From the NCBI GenBank assembly GCA_964607485.1, contig CAZSKP010000018.1, positions 1 through 64,000 on the forward strand: DNA of 64,000 nucleotides, written 5' to 3'. The notes below the pieces were generated by a model. It searched no databases. It had not been told where the DNA came from and was given only the letters and a program-made list of their open reading frames with translations. This document shows, piece by piece, positions 28,317-36,710 of this stretch; position 1 is the first letter of the stretch; every line of letters starts with the position of its first letter. The stretch is from an uncultured bacterium. GTDB lineage: Bacteria; Abyssobacteria; SURF-5. Position numbers and translations under genes: made by a program.

Positions 28317-30872
28317 TCACACTGTCTCCTTCGCAAACAATTGCGTCACCGGGAGCGATATCACGAACTCTGTGCCGCCGCTATCGTTGCTGTCAACGGA
28401 GATATTGCCTGAATGCTCCTTGATTATCCCGTGCACCACGGCGAGCCCGAGGCCGAGGCCTTTCTCTTTGGTGGTGAAGAACGGGTCGAAAATCTTCGCC
28501 AGGTCCTCTCGGCCGATGCCCCTGCCGGAGTCGCGAACCTTGATGATAAGCGTCTCCGCGTCTTCGACTGAGGCGACTATCTCGGTTCCGTAGAACATCT
28601 GAACGATCTGGTCGCGGGGCAGGCCGTCGGGGCTTCTGTATCTGCTCTTGCGCAGTCCCACGGTTATCATCAGCTCTCCGCCTACGCGGCCTTCGTCGGC
28701 CTCGATCGCCTGCAGACTGTTCAGACAGAGGTTGAGCAGCGCCTGCTTGAGCTGGCTCTTGTCGCATATTATCGGGGCGGAGGTGACCTCGAAGTTCTTC
28801 ACGACGGCGACGCTCAGCTTGGTTGTCTCGGTGCTGAGGAGCAGCAGCACTTCCTCGATGATATCGATGACGTCCACCGATTCGAACAGAGGGGCGGACG
28901 GCCGGGCGAATTCGAGCAGCTTTTCCACAATCGAGTTGATTCGCTCGACCTCATCGACGGTTATCGAGGAGAACGTATCCCGGAACTCCTTGTCCTCAAA
29001 CCTCGTCGGCAGAAGCTGTGCAAACGTCTTTATAGACACGAGCGGGTTCTTGATCTCGTGCGCCATTCCGGCTGCGAGCGTGCCCAGCGAGGCGAGCTTG
29101 TCGGCTCTCCACATTTCGCCCTCGAGCAGCTTGATGTCCGTCAGGTCGTTGAACACGAGCAACGCGCCGGTCACGTCGTCTTTTTCGTCTTTGATGAGCG
29201 AGGTACTCGCGCTGAGGTAGGAAATGGCGCCCTCCTCGGACAGGATATGGACCTCCTGGTTGGAGAACCGGCTTTTCCCGCTCACGGTATCCGCGAGCAT
29301 CGAGCGGAGAGGGGTCGGGAGAACGTCGATTCCCCGGTTGATCACGTTCTGAGACGTGAGCCCCAAGATTTCCCTTGCTTTGTCATTGCAGGTGTTAATC
29401 GTCCGTCTGCGGTCTATCGCGATCACTCCGCTGCTCATGTATTTCAGTATGTTGTCGTTGTGGTTCTTGAGCATCGTGACCGTGTGGTGAAGCAGCGCGT
29501 TTTCGAGCGCGACCGCCGCCTGATTGCCCAGCGTGGCCAGCAGGTTCAGGTCCTCGCTCGAGTATATGTCGGCCGATATCTTCTCACCCAGCGACAGCAA
29601 ACCGATGAGTTCGCCCCGGTAGATGAGCGGGATGAGGACTTCCGCCTCTATGTGTTCGAATTCCCGTTTCAACGGCTCGAATTCGGTGTAAGGGAGGATC
29701 CTCTTGAGCTCTTCTTTGACGAGCGCCGAACGCTCCTTGTTCATCCGTTCGATAATCGCGCTTTCCGAACCGATTTCACCATTGGCGTCCCCCAGCGAAA
29801 CAGGCAGCGAAGCCGTTATGGTGAATTTCTTCTCGTCCGGGTCCGACAACAAAATGGCGGCGTTTCTGACCTGCAGCAGCGAGGCCACCTCGTGCACTAT
29901 GCGGTTCTGGAGGTCTTCGAGGTCGAGTATCTTCGTCATTGAGAAACTGAACTCGGTCAGGGCGGCCTGATAGTTGTAGCGGCCTCGGAAGAAATACCTG
30001 TCAATGAATATCTCCACGCCACGCCGCACGGGGAAAACGACCAATGCGGCGCACGCGGCCGCAAAGAACGCGGCACCCTTTGGTCGCATGTGCAGGATCG
30101 GGCCAATCAAGAACAACAGGGCGACGAGCGCACCCCCGAGCACCACGACCGTGCCCAGATAGATGAGAACGCTTCTGAAAACGACGCCGAGGTCCATGAG
30201 CCGGTGCCGCATGATCGCGTAGGACGTACTCCCTATGGAGGCCATGATGACCACCGCGGTCAGCGGACTGGAATATTGTGAGATGCCCGCTACCGGCAGG
30301 AGCAAGGTGAACGCGACAATCGCGATGGCCGACAGCGACACTCCCCAGAAGATATATTTGAGCTGCACCCGCTCGAAGCGGCCTGGATGAGTGAAATATT
30401 TTCGCGCGAGCAAATACAGGGCGGTCCCTGAATACGCAATGTCAAATATGATCTGTATGAAAATCCCTTTCCCATATACCGGCCTCACCACGCCGCCGAC
30501 ATAAACGATGTCCTGCATGACCAGGGGTGTAAAGCCGAGGGCCGAGACGAAGACTGCCGGCACGTAAAGAAGGAGCCAAATGCGTAAAGGCGGGAACTCA
30601 TCCCTCTCCTGGGGGAACACATAGGCAAACAGGAGGAAACTGGAGGCCATCAGCGGGCCTGCCGCGAAGGCCACGTGGCCGGCGAATCTCAGCACCTCAT
30701 GACGGCCGCCGACACTGATGACGAACAGTGCCAACGCCCAGGTGCCGCTGCTGTACAGCAGGGCAAGGAAGGAGATGTTTATGATTTTCTTGGGATTCTT
30801 GGCGAAGACATAGGTGCCGAGTATGAAGACAAACAGCGTGGTAGTGAGAATGCTCAGAGGTTTTAGGTCCAT
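28317..30872 (-). CDS. Membrane sensor histidine kinase (multi-TM N-terminus, GAF, PAS, HisKA, HATPase)
   Basis: About nine hydrophobic segments, YAIMRHRLMD, GAF ending LENALL, MAHEIKNPL, FDPFFTTK, GLGL. Confidence 0.9.
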   Translation of the reverse strand: MDLKPLSILTTTLFVFILGTYVFAKNPKKIINISFLALLYSSGTWALALFVISVGGRHEVLRFAGHVAFAAGPLMASSFLLFAYVFPQERDEFPPLRIWLLLYVPAVFVSALGFTPLVMQDIVYVGGVVRPVYGKGIFIQIIFDIAYSGTALYLLARKYFTHPGRFERVQLKYIFWGVSLSAIAIVAFTLLLPVAGISQYSSPLTAVVIMASIGSTSYAIMRHRLMDLGVVFRSVLIYLGTVVVLGGALVALLFLIGPILHMRPKGAAFFAAACAALVVFPVRRGVEIFIDRYFFRGRYNYQAALTEFSFSMTKILDLEDLQNRIVHEVASLLQVRNAAILLSDPDEKKFTITASLPVSLGDANGEIGSESAIIERMNKERSALVKEELKRILPYTEFEPLKREFEHIEAEVLIPLIYRGELIGLLSLGEKISADIYSSEDLNLLATLGNQAAVALENALLHHTVTMLKNHNDNILKYMSSGVIAIDRRRTINTCNDKAREILGLTSQNVINRGIDVLPTPLRSMLADTVSGKSRFSNQEVHILSEEGAISYLSASTSLIKDEKDDVTGALLVFNDLTDIKLLEGEMWRADKLASLGTLAAGMAHEIKNPLVSIKTFAQLLPTRFEDKEFRDTFSSITVDEVERINSIVEKLLEFARPSAPLFESVDVIDIIEEVLLLLSTETTKLSVAVVKNFEVTSAPIICDKSQLKQALLNLCLNSLQAIEADEGRVGGELMITVGLRKSRYRSPDGLPRDQIVQMFYGTEIVASVEDAETLIIKVRDSGRGIGREDLAKIFDPFFTTKEKGLGLGLAVVHGIIKEHSGNISVDSNDSGGTEFVISLPVTQLFAKETV

Positions 30873-30927
30873 TCGACACTCGCCGGCTTGGTCGCCTGAG
30901 AGCCGGCGCTCCACCCCGTACGGAATT

Positions 30928-32181
30928 TCACTTCAGTCTCGTGTCGCTATTTCGGTACCTCTTTGCTATCACGGCGGCACAGGCGCCGTCCAAGCCATGA
31001 ACATTGATGAGCGCAGTGTTGACCCTGTTGAAGCGCGCGTTGTTCGGAACATAGTCGAGGTCGCATTCGGGATCGGGAGTCTCATAGTTGATTGTGGGCG
31101 GAATGATATCCGTCTCGAATGACATGAGCGCGGCGACTACCTGCATCGGGCCTATGGCGGAGTTGGGAATTCCGATCATCGATTTTATCGCGCTAATCGG
31201 CAGACGGTACGCCTGTTGGCCGAACACCTCTTTGAGCGCCCTCGTCTCCATCATGTCCTGCACGACGGTCGAGCTCCCGTTCGCGAGGACGTAGTCCACA
31301 TCGGTGGGGGGCATGCGCGAGTCCGACAAGGCCGCCCTGATGGCGTTCACCATCGTACGTTTGGTCGCCTTCGGTCCGGAGACTTTGTCTTTGTATCCGT
31401 GTCCCACAACCTCTCCGTAGATGTGCGCGCCACGCGCCCGGGCATGCTCCTCTTCCTCGATCACGATGAAGGCCGCTCCCTCCGAGACGACGCCGCCGCG
31501 ACGATGCCTGTCGAAGGGACGCATGATCTTTTCCGGCGGCGTGCCGTCGTCGTAAACCAGGAGCCCGGCCAATATGTAGCTGATGAAGGCGTAATAGGAG
31601 AGCATGCTCTCCGTCGCGCCGGCCACCACGATGTCCCTGCGGCCTCTACGAATCTCGTTCAATCCCGCCCCAATCGCGTTGAGACCGGAGGTGCAATGCG
31701 TCGAGATCGTCGTCGCCGAATCGAACAGATCCACAGAGTGGGAGGCTTCTCCGACGGCCCCATGGACCGCCATGGAGGCAAATGCATAGGGCGGGACTTC
31801 GAAGGGGTCGTCGTTGATAGCAGTAGAGAGATGTTTTTCGATGTTGTCGGCGGATGGCGCGGTGGTGCCCCCGAAAATGGCAAGGCGTGTTTTGTCGAAC
31901 AGGTCCGGACTGATTCCCGCGTCCTGGAGCGCCATCTTGATGGCCGCAAAGGCGAACTGGACGCACTTGCCGTGAATCTGCAGTTGAATCTCGTCCATGT
32001 AGTCTGCGGCGTCGAAATTCTTCACTTCGCCGGCGTGATGCACCGGCAGCTTCGAGGTGTCAAAACGTGTAACGTAGGAAACTCCCGACCTGCCCTCGGT
32101 AAGAGACTTCCAAAAGGCATCTTTCCCGTTGCCTACCGACGAGACAACTCCCACTCCGGTCACGACACAGCGTCTGCTCAT
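30928..32181 (-). CDS. FabF-like beta-ketoacyl synthase with non-canonical active site
   Basis: VVTGVGVVS, STHCTSG (Cys), RPFD, EGAA, IPPTIN, DLDYVPN; ANGSS and KSMIGI replace AHGTS and KSMxGH. Confidence 0.85.
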   Translation of the reverse strand: MSRRCVVTGVGVVSSVGNGKDAFWKSLTEGRSGVSYVTRFDTSKLPVHHAGEVKNFDAADYMDEIQLQIHGKCVQFAFAAIKMALQDAGISPDLFDKTRLAIFGGTTAPSADNIEKHLSTAINDDPFEVPPYAFASMAVHGAVGEASHSVDLFDSATTISTHCTSGLNAIGAGLNEIRRGRRDIVVAGATESMLSYYAFISYILAGLLVYDDGTPPEKIMRPFDRHRRGGVVSEGAAFIVIEEEEHARARGAHIYGEVVGHGYKDKVSGPKATKRTMVNAIRAALSDSRMPPTDVDYVLANGSSTVVQDMMETRALKEVFGQQAYRLPISAIKSMIGIPNSAIGPMQVVAALMSFETDIIPPTINYETPDPECDLDYVPNNARFNRVNTALINVHGLDGACAAVIAKRYRNSDTRLK

Positions 32182-32307
32182 CTCCTAGACCCTTCTTCTC
32201 CCCGCCTCCCCCCGCACCGTGGGTCGAAGCTCAAGACACACAATATGTTGGGAGTTCCTACAGATATACCCTAATATATGGACCTCACAATTGCACCTTT
32301 CCAAAAT

Positions 32308-32336
32308 ATTTTACTATCAAACCCTCCGTATGTCAA
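32308..32336 (-). promoter_or_regulatory. Putative sigma70 promoter of the ketosynthase-kinase operon
   Basis: TTGACA-N17-TAAAAT on the minus strand in an AT-rich intergenic region. Confidence 0.65.
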
Positions 32337-32394
32337 GAAATTTGGCCACGTTGTGGCATACGGTGAAATATTTAATAATCGGCAGGCTTATATT

Positions 32395-33285
32395 TTAACC
32401 TAAAGAATAAGTCTTGTCAACCCTTTTCAGCTTGCCCATACTGACGAGTCGCCTCAAATGCATTTCAATCATCCAACGGTCATCCCAGTGAAACGGAGCG
32501 TCGGGCGCTTTCTGGTTTTGACGGTATATGATTTCGCGGGACAGGATGTCGTCAAGAGTGCGCGGTCGGGAGAGGAATTCCAGTATCACCCGATCGCGCC
32601 GGTGAATGATGTCGGCATAGCTTTTCAACCGCTCGTCGATGTTCTCGGTGACGACTCCGTCTCCGTGCGATGTGACGACCACTTGCGGCGATAAATTGCG
32701 GACGCGTTCGATCGAGGAAAGGAATTGGCCTATGTCGGAGGTGACGCCGGCGTACCATGGTCCGAATGTGGTGAGGTCTATGTCGCCCAGATAGAGCACG
32801 CGCTCCCGGGGAAAGAAGAAACAGCAATGTCCGGCCGAGTGACCGGGCGTATGCATCACCTGGAGCACGGTATGCCCGAGGTCGATCTCGAATCCGTCGG
32901 TGAACGTCCTGTCCACCGTGTACGGCCTGTACCTGCACACGTCGAGCAGAAACTTCCGCCAATACTCCATCAGGGCTGAGCTGCTCACGACGGAGAAGCC
33001 GCTCATGAAGTCGTCTATCGGGCCGTATCCATGGGCGTCGAGCTCGTGGACCGCCAGCGTGGCGCCGCTGAAGCAGTAGTTGAACACCCGGTGGTCCTCA
33101 TGGTAGTGGGTGTTGAGCACGATGTCCGCGCCCTCAGCGGAAGCTATCCGGCGCATCGCGTCTTCTCCGGAGGCCGGATCAATGATGACCGACACATTGT
33201 CCTTGACGTACAGGGAATGGCAGAACGGGTAGCGCCCGCGGTTTTCCGCTTCGACATAGAAGATGCGGTCGGCGATTTCAATCAT
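32395..33285 (-). CDS. MBL-fold metallohydrolase
   Basis: THYHEDH, TPGHSAGH, LGD, TSHG. Confidence 0.88.
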   Translation of the reverse strand: MIEIADRIFYVEAENRGRYPFCHSLYVKDNVSVIIDPASGEDAMRRIASAEGADIVLNTHYHEDHRVFNYCFSGATLAVHELDAHGYGPIDDFMSGFSVVSSSALMEYWRKFLLDVCRYRPYTVDRTFTDGFEIDLGHTVLQVMHTPGHSAGHCCFFFPRERVLYLGDIDLTTFGPWYAGVTSDIGQFLSSIERVRNLSPQVVVTSHGDGVVTENIDERLKSYADIIHRRDRVILEFLSRPRTLDDILSREIIYRQNQKAPDAPFHWDDRWMIEMHLRRLVSMGKLKRVDKTYSLG

Positions 33286-33318
33286 TGGCTCGATGGGTCC
33301 AGGTATTCCGGCGGGGAA

Positions 33319-34521
33319 TCAAATAATCTTCTCCTCGGCGAGTCGTTCGATTTCGGCCTCGCTCAATCCGAGTCCCTCGAGCACCTCGCGAGTATGCTGG
33401 CCGTATGCGGGCGCGGGCAGCCTGTCCACGCGGCCGGGTGTGTCCGACAGCTTTATCGGTATGCCCATCGCCCTGGTGGGTCCCTCGGTGGGATGGTCGA
33501 TCTCGACGATCATCTTGCGATGGAGCATCTGCGGGTCTCTCATCGCCTCGGCGACCGTGTTGACCTTTTCGATGCAGGTGTCGTGTCCCTCAAACAGCGA
33601 GAGCCACTCGTCCATCGTCTTGCTCTTGAATATGTCGGCGATTTGCTTCTTCAACCCGCCGTTGTTGTGTGTGTCGAGCTGAGTCTCTAGGTCGAGCTGC
33701 GCGTCTATCAGGTCTTCGCGTCCGATGAGCCGGCACACGTTGGCCCAGAATTTCGGCTCGAGCGCACCGACGGAGAGCGCCCTGCCGTCCTTGGTCTCAT
33801 ATGTGCCGTAGCACACGAGCCCGCCAGCGAGGTCCACCTCTCCCCTGTTCTGGAGATCATTCGACACGAAATGTTTGGCGGCCACGTTGGCCATCCACGA
33901 CGCGACCCCGTCCATCATGGAGATGTCCACGTACTGGCCCTTGCCGGTGCGCTCGCGGGAATAGAGCGCCATCATTATTCCCAGCGCGGCGAGCATTCCC
34001 CCGCCGCCGAAGTCGGCTATCGGAACGCCGGGCACTACGGGCGGCCTGTCCTTGAACCCGGTGATGCCGAGTATGCCCGCTATGCCGATGTAGTTGATGT
34101 CGTGTCCGGCGCGCTGATTGTAAGGGCCGTCCTGTCCGTAGCCGGAGATGGAGCAGTAAACGAGCCGGGGGTTTATCTTGCTCATCTGCTCGTAGCCGAG
34201 GTCGAGCTTGTCCATCACGCCGGGGCGGAATCCCTCGACCAGGACATCATGATGCCTGGCAAGTTCCATCAATATCTGTTTGCCCCGCTCGTGCTTGAGG
34301 TTGAGCTTCATGCTTTTCTTGTTGCGATTGACCGCGAGGAAGTATGCGCTTTCCTCCTTCACTTTCGGCGGAAACCAGCGCACGTAATCGCCTCCGAACG
34401 GGTCCTCCACCTTCAGCACTTCGGCTCCCATGTCGGCCAACAGGAGGGTACAGTATCCGCCCGGCAGCAGGCGGGTGAGGTCGAGCACCTTCAGTCCTTC
34501 AAGCGCCAACTTCGGTGACAT
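33319..34521 (-). CDS. CaiB/BaiF family III CoA-transferase (methylacyl-CoA racemase-like)
   Basis: VLDLTRLLPG, NRNKKS, EGFRPG, SGYGQDGP, GHDINY. Confidence 0.9.
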   Translation of the reverse strand: MSPKLALEGLKVLDLTRLLPGGYCTLLLADMGAEVLKVEDPFGGDYVRWFPPKVKEESAYFLAVNRNKKSMKLNLKHERGKQILMELARHHDVLVEGFRPGVMDKLDLGYEQMSKINPRLVYCSISGYGQDGPYNQRAGHDINYIGIAGILGITGFKDRPPVVPGVPIADFGGGGMLAALGIMMALYSRERTGKGQYVDISMMDGVASWMANVAAKHFVSNDLQNRGEVDLAGGLVCYGTYETKDGRALSVGALEPKFWANVCRLIGREDLIDAQLDLETQLDTHNNGGLKKQIADIFKSKTMDEWLSLFEGHDTCIEKVNTVAEAMRDPQMLHRKMIVEIDHPTEGPTRAMGIPIKLSDTPGRVDRLPAPAYGQHTREVLEGLGLSEAEIERLAEEKII

Positions 34522-34533
34522 TGCATTTCCTTT

Positions 34534-36066
34534 CTATTTGCGTTCCATTTCCTCGACCATCTGTTTCTTCAATTCCTTCTTGCTTACTTTCCCGATGACG
34601 TTCTTGGGTATGTAGTCGAGGAACTTGACGTATCTGGGAATCTTGTAACTGGCCATGTTCTCCTTGCAGAATTGCAGGACGTCTTCGGACGTCAGCGCGC
34701 CTTCCTCCCGGGGCACGACGCATACCATCACCTCTTCGCCGTACTTCTTGTCCGGCACGCCGATGACGGCGACTTCGAGGATTTTCGGATGCGTGTACAG
34801 CACATCCTCGAGTTCTTTCGGATAGATGTTCTCGCCGCCCCGGATCACCATCTCCTTCTTCCGGTCGACGACGTAGAGCGCACCGTCCTCGTCGAGGCGG
34901 CCCATGTCACCCGAGTGCAGCCATCCGCCCCGCAGGGCGAGGGCCGTCTCTTCCGGCTTGTTCCAGTACTCCTTCATCACGCCGTCGCTGCGGATGACGA
35001 TTTCTCCGACCTCTCCGGTGGACAGCTCGCGGTCGTCCTCGTCGAATATCTTCATCTCAGCCCCCTCGAAAGCCACACCGGCGGAACCGATCTTGTGCGG
35101 TCCTCCGGGGGGCGTGAGGCAGGTTCCCCCGCTGCTCTCGGTCAGCCCGTATCCCTCCATCACTCTCATGTTGTACCTTTTCTCGAACTCTTTTATCAGC
35201 TCGATGGGCGTGGGCGCCGCGCCTATCACGCCGAAGCGAAGCGACGACGCATCGACCACATTGGAATCTTCGAGCTGAAGCAGGATGTGGTATATCGTGG
35301 GGACGCCGAAAATTCCGGTCACGCGATATTGCTCGACGCATCCCCAGAATTCCGTCGCCGAGAAGTTTTTCCTCAGAACGATTGTGGCGCCCGCATACAG
35401 GCAGGGCATGCTCAAATCCAGCAGGCCGGCGCCGTGGAAGAGCGGAAGAACGCAGAGGGCCCTGTCGGTGTCGGTGACCTCGGCGGCCCGGGACTTTGCC
35501 ATTCCGGCGAAGGTGACGTTCCTGTGCGTGAGCAGCGCGCCCTTGGGCTTTCCCGTCGTGCCCGAGGTGTACAGGATGGCGCAGGGCGAGTCGGGAGCTA
35601 TGCGGTGAGCGCTCGGCGCCTCCTCGGCGGATGACAGTATCTCGTTGAGCTTCGCCGCCCCGGCCAGCGGGTGCTCCATCTCATTTACGATCAGGCGCTT
35701 CACGCCCGTCCGGCCCGCGAGCGCCTCGACGTGGTACATGTAATCGCCGTCCACGAAAAATACGCGCGTGCCCGAATCGTTCAGCAGGTATTCGACCTCG
35801 TTGGTCTGCCACCAGCAGTTCACGGGCCCGGCCACCGCCCCGGCTTTCTGGATTCCGAAGAATACGATATAGAATTCGGGCGAATTGTTCATCATCATGG
35901 AAACTATCTCGCCCTCTTTGACGCCCATCAGGCCCAGCGCGGCCGCAACGCGGTCGCTGCCCTCGTCGAGGTCGCGATAGCTGACCGTCCTGTCGTAGAA
36001 GAGTATGGCGGGCTTGTCGCCGTATTTCGACGCGTTCGTCCGGAGCATCTCGGGAGTGGTCTTCAT
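34534..36066 (-). CDS. Long-chain acyl-CoA ligase (AMP-binding enzyme)
   Basis: YTSGTTGKPKG, EGYGLTE, GWLHSGD, DRKKE, GGENIYP. Confidence 0.9.
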   Translation of the reverse strand: MKTTPEMLRTNASKYGDKPAILFYDRTVSYRDLDEGSDRVAAALGLMGVKEGEIVSMMMNNSPEFYIVFFGIQKAGAVAGPVNCWWQTNEVEYLLNDSGTRVFFVDGDYMYHVEALAGRTGVKRLIVNEMEHPLAGAAKLNEILSSAEEAPSAHRIAPDSPCAILYTSGTTGKPKGALLTHRNVTFAGMAKSRAAEVTDTDRALCVLPLFHGAGLLDLSMPCLYAGATIVLRKNFSATEFWGCVEQYRVTGIFGVPTIYHILLQLEDSNVVDASSLRFGVIGAAPTPIELIKEFEKRYNMRVMEGYGLTESSGGTCLTPPGGPHKIGSAGVAFEGAEMKIFDEDDRELSTGEVGEIVIRSDGVMKEYWNKPEETALALRGGWLHSGDMGRLDEDGALYVVDRKKEMVIRGGENIYPKELEDVLYTHPKILEVAVIGVPDKKYGEEVMVCVVPREEGALTSEDVLQFCKENMASYKIPRYVKFLDYIPKNVIGKVSKKELKKQMVEEMERK

Positions 36067-36117
36067 GGCTGTTTTCTTTCCCTTAGTGTGGTTGGCTTCG
36101 ATGTATTGAGCGATGGA

Positions 36118-36423
36118 TCAACCGGTGGGAGCGTCGGTTGACCGATAAGCCTCTTCCGCCATTTCAAGCATTGCGTCGAGCCGATGCGACAACTTCTTCG
36201 AGACCTCGTCTTTTTCCTCGCGAAGTCTGAACAATTCGTCGGCAATGTTGAAAGCTGCGAGCGTGATGGCCTTGGTCGGCGATGTTATCTTGCCCGACGA
36301 CGCGATCTTCTGTATCTGTTCATCGACGAATCCGGCGAGCTCGTTTATGTACTTCGGATCGTCCGTCTTGAAACTGAATTCGGTTCCATAAATAATGACT
36401 TTCACGGTTGTCTGGGGGCTCAT
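36118..36423 (-). CDS. zapA: Cell division protein ZapA
   Basis: VKVIIYG..LAGFVD..LAAFNIADEL; conserved position after pheT. Confidence 0.85.
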   Translation of the reverse strand: MSPQTTVKVIIYGTEFSFKTDDPKYINELAGFVDEQIQKIASSGKITSPTKAITLAAFNIADELFRLREEKDEVSKKLSHRLDAMLEMAEEAYRSTDAPTG

Positions 36424-36704
36424 TTCTTGTCCTCCCCCTTGAGGGCGCGCACTTTCTTCAGCAGCTTCTCTACTTCTTTGCGGATGCGTTCGCGCTGCTG
36501 CTCCATCTTCTTCCTCTCGGCCTGCGTCTCCATCAGCACCGAGCCGTGCTCCTCGAGCACTTCGAGCCGTCGGCTCTTTTCCAGCAGGTCGTTGAGCAGG
36601 TTTTCATTTTGCCGGCGCAGCTCATCGTTCTTTTCGCATGCATTCCGAAAGTCCGCTATCAACCGCTCCATCTGCCCTTGGAGTCGCGCCAGCTTGTCTT
36701 CCAT
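36420..36704 (-). CDS. Coiled-coil protein, ZapB-like
   Basis: All-helical heptad pattern; lies between pheT and zapA. Confidence 0.7.
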   Translation of the reverse strand: MEDKLARLQGQMERLIADFRNACEKNDELRRQNENLLNDLLEKSRRLEVLEEHGSVLMETQAERKKMEQQRERIRKEVEKLLKKVRALKGEDKK

Positions 36705-36710
36705 CGTTTA

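Noticed and set aside
36067-36117. Expected 6S RNA downstream of zapA
   Set aside because: Only about 50 bp separate zapA from the acyl-CoA ligase gene, too short for 6S RNA.
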